Notes: generated by a model not told the origin, from the sequence alone. Shown: positions 9,952 through 19,380, counted from the stretch's first letter. The stretch: 64,000 bases of DNA from Dehalococcoidia bacterium (GCA_965207845.1 CBDBNU010000003.1:314492-378491), one strand, 5' to 3'. Numbers and translations: made by a program.

Positions 9952-10019
9952 TCACCCCCATCCGAACCTTCCCCCGTCGAGGGGGAAGGGCTAAGATGGA
10001 TTCCGGCTTCTGCCGGAAT
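9952..10019. repeat. intergenic palindromic repeat cluster
   Basis: tcacccccatccgaa, then hairpin ccttccccc-gtcga-gggggaagg (9967-9989), then hairpin attccggc-ttct-gccggaat (10000-10019). Confidence 0.75.
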
Positions 10020-10041
10020 GACGATTCATTGCGTTGGCCTC

Positions 10042-10500
10042 CTAGTAGCGGATGGAGGTGTTCTTCTGGGTGGCGGTGACCTGGCCCAGCTGGTTGGTGT
10101 AGGTGGTCTCGGTGACGACGAAAATCATGGGGCCGATGCTGCCCGTGCGGGAGAAGATGTCTACGATGCGGTTGACGGCGGCGATGCGGTCGCCGACGCG
10201 GACGGGCTCGAAGTATTCCCATTCGCTGCCGCCGTCGAGGAGTCGCTTGTAGGGGAAGTCCGGGGGGAGGTCTTCCAGGCGTTGGGTGCGGGCGGCGCGG
10301 AGGAAGGTGGGCGGGGCGACGATGCCGCCAAAGCGGGATTTTCGCGCCTCTATTTCGTCGTTCCAGAGGGGGTTGGGGTCGCCGATGGCTTCGGCGAAGG
10401 CGCGCACGTGGCCCTTCTCCACATCCAGGTATTCGGGCGGGCTTTCCTGCCCGATGTAGTCGCGTCGCAGAGCATCAACGTCGGGGGCGGCTTCTGCCAT
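10042..10500 (-). CDS. MaoC N-terminal-like hotdog protein (partner subunit of 9406-9840)
   Basis: The ATG at 10500 is preceded by AAGGAG. The motif VRAFAEAIGDPNPLWNDE is typical of the MaoC_dehydrat_N family. Confidence 0.8.
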   Translation of the reverse strand: MAEAAPDVDALRRDYIGQESPPEYLDVEKGHVRAFAEAIGDPNPLWNDEIEARKSRFGGIVAPPTFLRAARTQRLEDLPPDFPYKRLLDGGSEWEYFEPVRVGDRIAAVNRIVDIFSRTGSIGPMIFVVTETTYTNQLGQVTATQKNTSIRY

Positions 10501-10622
10501 TGTTATTCTCCTTGGGGGGCCTTGCTGCAAGAGTCAGCAGGGGTGATTTGCGGCCCTGCTTGGTGCGGCACGAGTGTACGCAGGGGTGGGGAAGAGTGTC
10601 AAGGAGGGGGGGAGGGTTGGAG

Positions 10623-10753
10623 TCACCCCCATCTCAATCTTCCCCCATCAAGGGGGAAGAGGTTAGAGGCGAGGGGGAGGGCGGTTCGCGAACGGCCTCA
10701 ACTGGCGCCAATGCGGGTTAAGGGTAAAGAATGGGCCCCCGCCTTCGCGGGGG
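10623..10753. repeat. intergenic palindromic repeat cluster
   Basis: tcacccccatctcaa, hairpin tcttccccc-atcaa-gggggaaga (10638-10660), an imperfect ggcggttcgcgaacggcc, and hairpin cccccgc-cttc-gcggggg (10736-10753). Confidence 0.7.
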
Positions 10754-10765
10754 AACGGGAGGGGG

Positions 10766-11542
<777 letters not shown>

Positions 11543-11576
11543 AGTTCAGCCTCCCTCCGCTGGTCGCGGATTCCCG

Positions 11577-12206
11577 TCAGGTTGTTTGGTCGTTGAAGAT
11601 TGGGCGGTTGTTGAAGGGGGGATACTCATCACGCATGAACATGAGATAGGCGTCGAGGCGCAGGTTCCAGCGGTCGAGGCCCACGGCAAATCTGTAAAGC
11701 TCAATGGGGTACTGGCCCTTGAAGACGATGGTGAAGAAGGCGATGAGGGCGGTGACGGAAACGGCGAGGGCGTAGAAGAGGAGGATGATGGCGTGGGGCA
11801 GGAAGGCGTAGAGCCAACCGAAGAAGAACTTGAGCAGAGCGTGAGGCTTGGAGTAGCTCTCCTGCCTGACGATGCGTACGTCAACGGGGCTGTCGGGCAT
11901 CGGCTCCGCGGTGAAGGGGGGATATTGGTCCGTCATGAAATTCAGGTACGCGGAAACGCGGGAACTCCAACGGATGAAGCCCATGTTGAAATTAAAGAGG
12001 CTCTCCGGGTACTGCCCGGTGAAGAGGATGGCTACGAAGGCGGCAAGGCTGGCAAAGCCGGTGGCGATACCGTAGAAAAAGAGGATTATTCCGTGGGGGA
12101 TGCCCACGTAGATCCATCCCAAAAATAGTTTGGCGACTACAAGGCCCGGATGGAGGGTTTCAGGGTACCGAACTTCATAGACCACGGGAGGGCTACCGCT
12201 CTCCAT
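11577..12206 (-). CDS. DUF4389-type membrane protein (two tandem repeats)
   Basis: Two repeats, each containing IPHGIILFFY.../LPHAIILLFY... and a ...YPPF motif. The ATG at 12206 lies 7 nt downstream of GGAGG; the track starts at a GTG at 12212. Confidence 0.7.
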   Translation of the reverse strand: MESGSPPVVYEVRYPETLHPGLVVAKLFLGWIYVGIPHGIILFFYGIATGFASLAAFVAILFTGQYPESLFNFNMGFIRWSSRVSAYLNFMTDQYPPFTAEPMPDSPVDVRIVRQESYSKPHALLKFFFGWLYAFLPHAIILLFYALAVSVTALIAFFTIVFKGQYPIELYRFAVGLDRWNLRLDAYLMFMRDEYPPFNNRPIFNDQTT

Positions 12207-12329
12207 AGTCACACCTCCTAGAATGCGATGCTAACATAAAATCACCGCTTTGGCGCATTCTACCATAGGGTACAAGATACATTATATATACATTGTGATG
12301 CTGCAAAGAGCAAATTGAAGGGTGTGGGG

Positions 12330-12415
12330 TGGTGCCGAAGGTCGGATTCGAACCGACACGGGGTTGCCCCCACCGGTTTTTGAGACCGGCGCGTCTACCA
12401 TTCCGCCACTTCGGC
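12330..12415 (-). tRNA. tRNA-Leu (anticodon CAA), class II, CCA encoded
   Basis: The reverse complement folds as GCCGAAG/CTTCGGC acceptor, CCGGT-CTCAAAA-ACCGG anticodon arm, long variable arm, GTCGG-TTCGAAT-CCGAC T-arm, A73 and CCA. Confidence 0.9.
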
Positions 12416-12478
12416 CCGCAAGCATTGTAACGCTGAGTGGGTGGGTGTGGCTAGGGGTTGGGGGTTTGGGAGCGGGGC

Positions 12479-12691
12479 TTAGGTGTAGACGGCGAAGATT
12501 ACGGCGTCGTTCTTGTTTTCTTCACTGAAGAAGAGGATGGCGCAGCGCCTGCCCGTTTGCGCATGAGAGGAGGAGATGTTGCGGGCGACGGGAACGGAGC
12601 TGATCCAGACGGAGAGGCTGCCCTCCAGCTGGATGGTGGCCTTGTAGGTTGAAGAGCTGAATGCCTTGATGACGCCTTTTTTGATTATCAT
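12479..12691 (-). CDS. small OB-fold-like phage spike/plug protein (gpV / gp5 N-terminal-like)
   Basis: 70 aa from the ATG at 12691. The pattern GVIKAF..STYKATIQLEGSLSVWISSVPVA...GRRCAILFFSEENKNDAVIFAVY resembles baseplate-spike OB domains. Last gene of the capsid module. Confidence 0.5.
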   Translation of the reverse strand: MIIKKGVIKAFSSSTYKATIQLEGSLSVWISSVPVARNISSSHAQTGRRCAILFFSEENKNDAVIFAVYT

Positions 12692-12762
12692 GTCATACCT
12701 TAGTTGGGTTGGGTTTTGGTTGGGAAGGGTGGGCGTCCGCACTGGATGCAGTGCGGAGGGGG

Positions 12763-14760
12763 TTAGACCCCCGACAGGGTGAGGGTGTGGGAATATCCCG
12801 GCGGGCCACCCGGGCCGCGTCTGAAGTCCATCTCAAGGCCCGTGACGCGACGGCGGGCCCCGTTCAGACCCGCCGCCGGGTCCGTGATGCTCACCACGTC
12901 GAGCAGCTCCAGCCCGCAATTGACGGGGGCCTCCAGAAGACCGTCCCGGGTGGACCTTCGCTCCCGGGACAGCAGGCTGTCGCTCCGCTGCCTGGCGGCG
13001 TCGGTCGTTTCCAGGTTGATGTCGTAGACTTGCAAGAGCCTGTCGGCCATTGCGGACACGGAGTTCCAGTCGAGGGATTCCTGTAGCGTGTCGAGGCCGT
13101 AGGTCTGGATGCGGTTGTACCGGGGCGCGCGGAACAGGTACCGCCCGCGGTTAACGGGGTGGTCGTCGCCGTAGGAGTAGGAAGCGGCATCGTCGGCGTC
13201 GAGCAGCTTGACGGCGGGGACGCCCCGGCGGAAGAAGAGGACCTCCGGCACGGTGGCCATGAGCCGCTTCACGGCGTCGGCGGCGGTGGTGTTGGGGTGG
13301 ATGGTGAAGGCGGGTCGCTGTCGCTGAAAGGTGTCGCCGGCGGTGAGGACATCCAGGCTCAACCCGGCCCTGGCGAGGATGTACTCCACCATGTCCTCGA
13401 CGGAAGTGTATCCCTTGATCCAGTTGTGCTGGTAGCGGGCCCGCCATCGCTCCAGCAGGGCCCAACCGTCTTCCAGGTATAGGGCAAGCAGGGCTTTTCC
13501 GGCTTCCGAGCGGCGTTCCAGCGATCGTACCCAGTAGGCGGGGCCGGGGGAATGCTCCACGCCGTCGGAGGTTACGTAGCCGGGGTCGAAACGCACCCGC
13601 GCGCCGGGCACCAGGGGCGAACCGCTCTCCAGGCCGGCGTTGTTGTAGCGACCGTGGTCGTTGCGGAGGAGCAGGGTGGCCCCACCGTCGGATACCCCTT
13701 CCACCAGCTTAGCCTCCAGCACATCGGCGGTGAGACTGCGGCTGGCGGGAGAGGTGGCACTCCAGACCTGGGTGGAGGTGGAGAGCCAGAGGGTTGTTGA
13801 GCTTCCCGCGATGGCGACGCCGGCGTATGGGTTGTCGTTGAAGGGGATGGGTTCGCGCCAGCGGGCGGTGCGGAAGGAGCTGTTGTCCGGGGCGAAGGTC
13901 CAGAAGGCGCGGCCGTAGGAATTGGGACCGGCGTAGGACTCCTTGAAGAAAAGGCGGAAGGTGTCGGCATTTGCCAGGTAGGGGTGAGAGAAGGACACTT
14001 CAGAGCCGGAGTCCGCCCGGGCGAGGTTGGTGATGCTGGTGAAGCGACCCCGTGCGTTCTCTATGCCGTCGCCGTAGACCGTGGTCCACACGCGGGAGGA
14101 GCCGGAGGAGGTGACGCCGCACACCACCACGTTCCAGTCGGTGCTGAAGGCGCAGGCAATGCCTTCTATCTTCCTGATGTAGGAGGACTGCGCCCAGGCG
14201 GCGGGGGTGGTCCACGTGCCGTCGATGCGACGCATGCCGTACAGGTTGTGGCTGCTGCTGGCGTAGAAGAGGCCGATCTTGCCGTCGGGGCTCACGGAGG
14301 CGGCCAGGTGGGAGACGCCGGAGACGGCGGGATAGAGGAGCCGCGCATCTCTGCTCCAGGTGACGCCGTCGTCGTTGCTCTCGCGGTAGCGCAGCTCGCG
14401 GCGGTTGCCGCTGTGAACGTAGACCATGAGGACGTAGGAGCCGTTGCCGCAGAGGGCGACTCCGGCGTCGGGATAGGCGTTGTTCAGGTATGTCCATTGG
14501 GTGAAGACGCTGCTTCCCGTGGCGTTGGCGACGCGCTGCACGTACAGCCTGGAGTTCGACCTTCGGACGCGGGCCCGGATGAGGGCGCCGCCGGAAGTCA
14601 GGTACAGGGCGTGCCGGGCGGGGGTCTCGTCCAGGTTCAGGTGTTGCGTGAACACGGGGTGGAAGACGTGGGGCAGCCGCCGGTCCACTGTGACGCCCAG
14701 GTAGGGCTGGCGGCGGGCGCTCTTCTGCGCTTCCAGCAGGGTTGGGGAGAGCCCGCGCAT
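12763..14760 (-). CDS. phage tail/hub-like protein with N-terminal BNR (Asp-box) beta-propeller-like domain
   Basis: The true start is the ATG at 14760, overlapping the upstream stop (TGATG). The track ORF extension to 15438 is a Pro/Arg-rich artefact overlapping gene 14760-15383. Asp-box SNDDGVTW is present. The C-terminal half resembles gpD/XkdQ-type tail hub proteins by pattern only. Confidence 0.75.
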   Translation of the reverse strand: MRGLSPTLLEAQKSARRQPYLGVTVDRRLPHVFHPVFTQHLNLDETPARHALYLTSGGALIRARVRRSNSRLYVQRVANATGSSVFTQWTYLNNAYPDAGVALCGNGSYVLMVYVHSGNRRELRYRESNDDGVTWSRDARLLYPAVSGVSHLAASVSPDGKIGLFYASSSHNLYGMRRIDGTWTTPAAWAQSSYIRKIEGIACAFSTDWNVVVCGVTSSGSSRVWTTVYGDGIENARGRFTSITNLARADSGSEVSFSHPYLANADTFRLFFKESYAGPNSYGRAFWTFAPDNSSFRTARWREPIPFNDNPYAGVAIAGSSTTLWLSTSTQVWSATSPASRSLTADVLEAKLVEGVSDGGATLLLRNDHGRYNNAGLESGSPLVPGARVRFDPGYVTSDGVEHSPGPAYWVRSLERRSEAGKALLALYLEDGWALLERWRARYQHNWIKGYTSVEDMVEYILARAGLSLDVLTAGDTFQRQRPAFTIHPNTTAADAVKRLMATVPEVLFFRRGVPAVKLLDADDAASYSYGDDHPVNRGRYLFRAPRYNRIQTYGLDTLQESLDWNSVSAMADRLLQVYDINLETTDAARQRSDSLLSRERRSTRDGLLEAPVNCGLELLDVVSITDPAAGLNGARRRVTGLEMDFRRGPGGPPGYSHTLTLSGV

Positions 14761-15383
14761 CAGGATCTCCCGCCGGCGGGCTGGTGGAGGGGACGATTGA
14801 GGCGGCGCACCCGCATGGAGGTACGGCGGCTGAGGTCCGACAGACCCTGATGGAAGCGGGCCAGATTCTCCTGCCCCCACTCCAGGAAGTGCCGCCAGGT
14901 GTGTGGGCCGCCCACGTTGATGCTGTTGATGGCGTGGCCGGACAGGTCCATGGCGGCGTAACCCGCGGCCCCGGTCAGGACCAGCTCCTCCAGGTGGGAC
15001 GCAATGGTGGAGGTTGTGGCGTTCAGGGTGTGAAGGCGGCCGTAGTGTACCTTCACCGCTTCGCCGGCATCGGGTCTCTCCCCGGTCAGCAGGGTGATGG
15101 TGGCTCCCCGAAGGAAGAAGTCCACGTAGGAAGGGGGGCTTTCGCCGACGGGGAACTCCACCGCATCGACCCTCACCAGTTCCGTCTGGGTAGCGAGGGA
15201 GAGGGTGATGCCGTCGGCGCCGGTCTGGATGGTGGTCACGTCGGGCCGGGGCTGGGCCGCGCTGAGTTCGCGCAGCGCCCGGCCCAGGTGACGGTCCAGC
15301 TGGGCGTCGGTCCACCGGTAGTCGGAGGAGTCTTCGTCGTGAAGGTCTATGCGGAGCCGGTTTCGCATTTCTGTGAGGGTCAT
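14760..15383 (-). CDS. phage head-tail connector/adaptor (gp6-like)
   Basis: The N-terminus LTEMRNRLRIDLHDEDSSD...LDRHLGRALRE fits the gp6-like connector signature. AAGGAG RBS. Lies directly after the capsid gene. Confidence 0.6.
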   Translation of the reverse strand: MTLTEMRNRLRIDLHDEDSSDYRWTDAQLDRHLGRALRELSAAQPRPDVTTIQTGADGITLSLATQTELVRVDAVEFPVGESPPSYVDFFLRGATITLLTGERPDAGEAVKVHYGRLHTLNATTSTIASHLEELVLTGAAGYAAMDLSGHAINSINVGGPHTWRHFLEWGQENLARFHQGLSDLSRRTSMRVRRLNRPLHQPAGGRS

Positions 15384-15420
15384 TTGGGAGTCTCCTTGGT
15401 GTTGTCGTTGGGTAGAGTAG

Positions 15421-15532
15421 GGGCGGTTCGCGAACCACCCTCGCGGATATGGGTTGGGGTTTGGTGGAGCGTCACCCCCATCCCTTCGGCAGGCTCAGGA
15501 CAGGCCTAACCTTCCCCCGTCGAGGGGGAAGG
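15421..15532. repeat. palindromic repeat cluster lying between capsid and connector genes
   Basis: gggcggttcgcgaaccaccc (15421-15440), tcacccccatcccttcggcaggctcaggacaggcc (15472-15506), and hairpin ccttccccc-gtcga-gggggaagg (15510-15532). Confidence 0.75.
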
Positions 15533-15548
15533 AATAAGAGGTGAGGGG

Positions 15549-16439
15549 TTAGGGACGGACGCCAGTGAGCTTGGCGAGCTTGAGGGCGTTGAAGACGGCG
15601 ATGGCGACGTACCACTTGACGCGGACGCGGGTGGCGTCCTTGGTCTCGAGGCTGCCGACGCGCTCCACCTGGAGGCCACCGGGGGAGGTGAGGCCTGCGA
15701 CGGCGCCTTCGCCCCACTGGAGGGCGTAGATAGTGGAGCAGTCGCTCTTGTTGCCGACGGTCCTGACGTCGCTCACGTAGTCGCTGACGCCGACGGGGAT
15801 GCCGTCGTAGTAGTCGGTCATCATGCCGAACTGGTCCCTGTCGGCGACGACGACGCCGCTGCCGGCGGCGCGGCCGAGGGCGGAGAGCTTGCGGCGGGAG
15901 CGGCGGCTCATGATGAGCATGTCGGGCTTGCCGCCGCGGACCTTGTCGATCATTTCGTCCAGCTTGTCGAGGGTCAGGGCGCCGCCGTTGTCGCCCATTG
16001 CGACGGTCTGGGTGTCGGCGGTCAGCTTGTCGATACCGTTGAAAGCCTTGGAGTCGGCGGCGCTGTCGCCGTCGATGAAGGTGGTGTCGAACTGCTGCTG
16101 GGTGGCCTTGGACTTGAGGGCGACGACTGTTGCCTCCAGGTCCTGAAGGTTGGAGCGGGTAGCCTTGACGAAGTTGTCCACGTCGGCGTCGCCGCCGAGG
16201 ATCTTCAGGTTGGCGGTGACCTGGGTGAAAGTGGGTGTGGACTCGTTCCAGGTGTCGCCGGGTTCGTAGAAGGAGACCGAGGGAAGGGCCTTTTCCTGGT
16301 TGTAGGTAAGGCCGTTGCCGACCACCTCGATGAAGGGGATGGACTGGAGGACGGGGCTGTCCTTGACGACGGTCTCGATGACGCCGGTTAGGAGCATGTC
16401 CTGGGAGAGTTTTGCGGATTCCGTTAGGGTTAGAGCCAT
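15549..16439 (-). CDS. phage major capsid protein (HK97-fold family, no delta domain)
   Basis: 296 aa. The overall pattern matches phage major capsid families (LTYNQE...ANLKILGGDADVDNF...DMLIMSRRSRRKL...IYALQWGEGAVAGL...VRVKWYVAIAV). GGAGG RBS 7 nt upstream. Confidence 0.85.
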   Translation of the reverse strand: MALTLTESAKLSQDMLLTGVIETVVKDSPVLQSIPFIEVVGNGLTYNQEKALPSVSFYEPGDTWNESTPTFTQVTANLKILGGDADVDNFVKATRSNLQDLEATVVALKSKATQQQFDTTFIDGDSAADSKAFNGIDKLTADTQTVAMGDNGGALTLDKLDEMIDKVRGGKPDMLIMSRRSRRKLSALGRAAGSGVVVADRDQFGMMTDYYDGIPVGVSDYVSDVRTVGNKSDCSTIYALQWGEGAVAGLTSPGGLQVERVGSLETKDATRVRVKWYVAIAVFNALKLAKLTGVRP

Positions 16440-16535
16440 AAGAGCACCTCCGATGAAGATTTGATGCAGAGATGCTAGAACATGGATGCTATGGCTGTAA
16501 AGGAAAAGTTGTCACTTTTTGGAGGGCGGCATGAT

Positions 16536-16566
16536 TTGCACAATACTTTGAAGTATCAGCTATAAT
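16536..16566 (+). promoter_or_regulatory. candidate sigma-70 promoter for darTG
   Basis: Consensus -10 TATAAT at 16561-16566, 30 nt upstream of the darT ATG. A -35-like TTGCAC lies at 16536-16541 with a long 19-nt spacer. The region is an AT-rich divergent intergenic region shared with the capsid gene. Confidence 0.4.
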
Positions 16567-16596
16567 GAACACATGGTTCGTTCGTATTGAATAATC

Positions 16597-17253
16597 ATGC
16601 TTGTTCCGTCAGATCCCAAGATATATCACATTGTCCATGTGGACCGACTAGCGTCAATTGTCGCCGACGGTCATTTGTGGGCAGATTCGGAAGTTCGAGA
16701 GCGTGGGATTGGGGGAACGAACATTGGAATGACCAACATCAAGCAGTACAGGCTACGTAGACGCATAAGGAGCCACGAAGACCTGAGAGTTGGTGACTGC
16801 GTACCATTCTACTTCTGCCCGCGCTCCGTTATGCTCTACGTCATCTATAGAAGAGATCATCCTGAGTTGCAGTATCGGGGAGGTCAAGGCCCTATCGTCC
16901 ACCTAGAAGCGAACATGCACGAAGCGATTGACTGGGCCGACTCCACAGATCGACGTTGGGCATTCACCTCCTCAAATGCTGGCTCAGGGTACTTCCGGGA
17001 CTACTCCGACTTACGGCATTTGAACGAGATTAACTGGGATGCAGTTGGAGCTGATAGATGGTCTGGAGTAGACGTCGACGTTTCCATTAAAGAGAGCAAG
17101 CAAGCGGAATTCCTGATGGAGAAGTCTTTCCCGTGGCACTTAGTTTCCACGATTGGCATCCGTTCACGCAGGATATATCCTAGCGTCCAGCAAGCTCTAA
17201 CCGGAGGTCGGCACAGGCCGAAAGTGGAAATCAAGCCGGGTTGGTATTATTGA
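16597..17253 (+). CDS. darT: DarT, ssDNA thymidine ADP-ribosyltransferase toxin (DUF4433)
   Basis: Strong resemblance to characterised DarT: IYHIVHVD, VPFYFCPRSVMLYVIY, the catalytic-Glu motif KQAEFLM, and the C-terminal PGWYY. Confidence 0.9.
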   Translation: MLVPSDPKIYHIVHVDRLASIVADGHLWADSEVRERGIGGTNIGMTNIKQYRLRRRIRSHEDLRVGDCVPFYFCPRSVMLYVIYRRDHPELQYRGGQGPIVHLEANMHEAIDWADSTDRRWAFTSSNAGSGYFRDYSDLRHLNEINWDAVGADRWSGVDVDVSIKESKQAEFLMEKSFPWHLVSTIGIRSRRIYPSVQQALTGGRHRPKVEIKPGWYY

Positions 17254-17267
17254 CCGGAGGTGGCGGC

Positions 17268-18329
17268 ATGATTGAGGAGAAGAAGGGTGATCTGTTTCAG
17301 GAAGACGTAGAAGCGCTCGTGAACAGCGTGAACTGTGTGGGGGTGATGGGACGGGGAATTGCACTTCAGTTCAAGAAGGCTTTTCCCGGGAATTTCAAGG
17401 CATACGCCCAGGCGTGTAAGCGAGGCGAGGTACAACCGGGCCGCATGTTTGTCTACGACTTGGGGCAGATGACAAATCCTCGCTACATCATCAATTTCCC
17501 AACCAAACGCCACTGGCGGGCCAAGAGCCGCATTGAAGATGTAGAGGCTGGCTTGGAGGCATTGGTTACCGAGATCAGGGAGCGTGATATTCGTTCCATT
17601 GCCATACCGCCGCTGGGCACGAATTTGGGTGGGCTGGGATGGGAGGACGTCAGGCCAAGGATCAAGGAGGCCCTAAGTGAAGTCGAGAACCTGGAGGTAA
17701 GACTTTTCATGCCGGGGGCCGGACCAGCAGACGATCGCCCTAACCCGTCAACCAAGTCGCCCAACATGTCACGGGGGCGTGCTGCCCTGATGTGCCTTAT
17801 GGACCTATACGAGAGGGCGCTGCTTGATCCTTTCGTTACCCTTTTGGAAATCCACAAGCTCATGTACTTCATGCAGGAAGCAGGCGAAAACCTGCGTCTG
17901 AAGTTTCAGAAGGGCTACTACGGGCCCTATGCTGAGAATTTGAGGCATGTGCTGAAGGTGATGGAGGGGCACTATATTTCAGGATACCTGGGGGTAGGCG
18001 ACGCCCCGGGAGATGAGTTGAAGCTAGTGCCCGGCGCTGTAAATGAGGCAAAGACCGTTCTGGAGAGGTTTCCCAGGACGAAGGAAAGGCTGGAGCGTGT
18101 TTCTGGGCTGGTGGAGGGCTTCGAGTCTTCCTTCGGGTTGGAGCTATTGGCCACGGTGCACTGGGTGTTTGCCGAAGACCCGTCCAGGAGCGACGAAGAG
18201 GTTGTCTTCTACACCCATCGTTGGAATCAGCGGAAGAAGCAGTTTTCGGAGCGTCAGATACGGCTGGCTCTCCAGACGTTGAGGGACAAGGGATGGATTA
18301 AATCGGCGGATTCGGTCACGCAAGTGTGA
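17268..18329 (+). CDS. darG: DarG, macrodomain antitoxin with C-terminal DarT-binding domain
   Basis: Macrodomain N-terminus (GDLFQEDVEALVNSVNCVGVMGRGIALQFKKAFP). The ATG at 17268 is preceded by GGAGG and lies just after the darT stop. Confidence 0.9.
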   Translation: MIEEKKGDLFQEDVEALVNSVNCVGVMGRGIALQFKKAFPGNFKAYAQACKRGEVQPGRMFVYDLGQMTNPRYIINFPTKRHWRAKSRIEDVEAGLEALVTEIRERDIRSIAIPPLGTNLGGLGWEDVRPRIKEALSEVENLEVRLFMPGAGPADDRPNPSTKSPNMSRGRAALMCLMDLYERALLDPFVTLLEIHKLMYFMQEAGENLRLKFQKGYYGPYAENLRHVLKVMEGHYISGYLGVGDAPGDELKLVPGAVNEAKTVLERFPRTKERLERVSGLVEGFESSFGLELLATVHWVFAEDPSRSDEEVVFYTHRWNQRKKQFSERQIRLALQTLRDKGWIKSADSVTQV

Positions 18330-18450
18330 GGGTTCCTTAGCCCTCTCCCTCCGCTTTACGGGTTTGTTGGTTCTGGCTATACTCGATTGGTGGAGATGGT
18401 GGGGTTGCAGCGCCTCGTGGGGGGTGCGCCTTCCATCCTGAAATTGTTGG

Positions 18451-19380
18451 TTGAGGTTTAGCTGCTTGCCCCTATCTGAGGAGTTTCAGGATTTTCTGGA
18501 CGAGTATCCCCCGTTGAAGGCCATCGGCAATACGCCGCTGGCGCGCATCCCGAATTCTCGCGGTGGCGCGCCCGTTTTCGCCAAGTATGAGCACCTGAAC
18601 CCCGGTGGCTCCATCAAGGACCGCCCGGTGCTGCGGATGCTGGTGGAGGCGATTCTGTCAGGCGAGTTGACGAAGGATAAGACGATTCTGGACGCGACAT
18701 CCGGGAACGCGGGCATCGCCTACGCCATGATTGGCGCGGTGCTGGGCTATCGCGTCGCCCTCGTCATGCCGGAGAACGCCAGCCAGGAGCGGAAGAAGCG
18801 GCTGCTGGCCCACGGCGCGGATATAATCTTCACCGACCCGATGCTGGGCTACGACGAGACCTTGCGGGAGGTGAAGCGTCGGTACGAGGGGGAGCCGGAC
18901 CGGTATTTCTGGTGCGACCAGTACTCCAACGGATTCAACCCGCAGGCACACTACGACAGCACCGGCGAGGAGATTCTGCAACAGGCGCCGGACATCACCC
19001 ACTTCGTGGCGGGCGTCGGGACGGGCGGGACCATCAGCGGGGTGGGGCGGCGGCTGAAGGAGCACAACCCGGAGATGCGGGTCGTCGGGGTGAATCCCCC
19101 GGAGTGGCCCGGCGTTGAGGGGTTGAAGCCGCTGGGGCCGGGGCACATCACGCCGCAGACGCTCGACGAAAGCGTGGTGGACGAGATGCTATCGATAGAC
19201 ATCGACGAGGCGCGGGCCGTTTCGATGGAGCTGGCGTCGAAGGGGTTGTTCGCGGGGCAGAGTTCGGGGGCCTACGTGCTGGGGGCGTTCATCGTCGCCG
19301 AGCGGGCGGGGGAGGGCAAGGTGGTGACGGTGTTTAACGACATCGGGGAGCGTTATTTCAGCACGGGGCTATGGAGCTGA
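18451..19380 (+). CDS. cysteine synthase family PLP enzyme (CysK/CysM-like)
   Basis: PLP-lysine motif NPGGSIKDRP, the TSGNAGIA loop, and GVGTGGTISG. Confidence 0.85.
   Translation: MRFSCLPLSEEFQDFLDEYPPLKAIGNTPLARIPNSRGGAPVFAKYEHLNPGGSIKDRPVLRMLVEAILSGELTKDKTILDATSGNAGIAYAMIGAVLGYRVALVMPENASQERKKRLLAHGADIIFTDPMLGYDETLREVKRRYEGEPDRYFWCDQYSNGFNPQAHYDSTGEEILQQAPDITHFVAGVGTGGTISGVGRRLKEHNPEMRVVGVNPPEWPGVEGLKPLGPGHITPQTLDESVVDEMLSIDIDEARAVSMELASKGLFAGQSSGAYVLGAFIVAERAGEGKVVTVFNDIGERYFSTGLWS

Noticed and set aside
12416-12478. att-site duplication of the tRNA-Leu 3' end that would delimit a prophage.
   Set aside because: I could not find a second copy of the tRNA 3' segment by eye, either near 32.4-32.6 kb or at other module edges. 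A computational repeat search is needed before anything can be claimed.
14761-15438. N-terminal extension of the 891-aa ORF 12763..15438.
   Set aside because: The extension is Pro/Arg-rich. It overlaps the connector gene 14760..15383 in another frame and runs into a repeat element. An ATG at 14760 coupled to the upstream stop gives a sensible 665-aa protein.
15549-16439. Possibility that the HK97-fold protein is an encapsulin nanocompartment shell instead of a phage capsid.
   Set aside because: Portal, terminase, scaffold and connector genes are present in the window. No cargo-type gene with a targeting peptide is adjacent, and the sequence does not resemble the encapsulins I know. This has not been formally tested.
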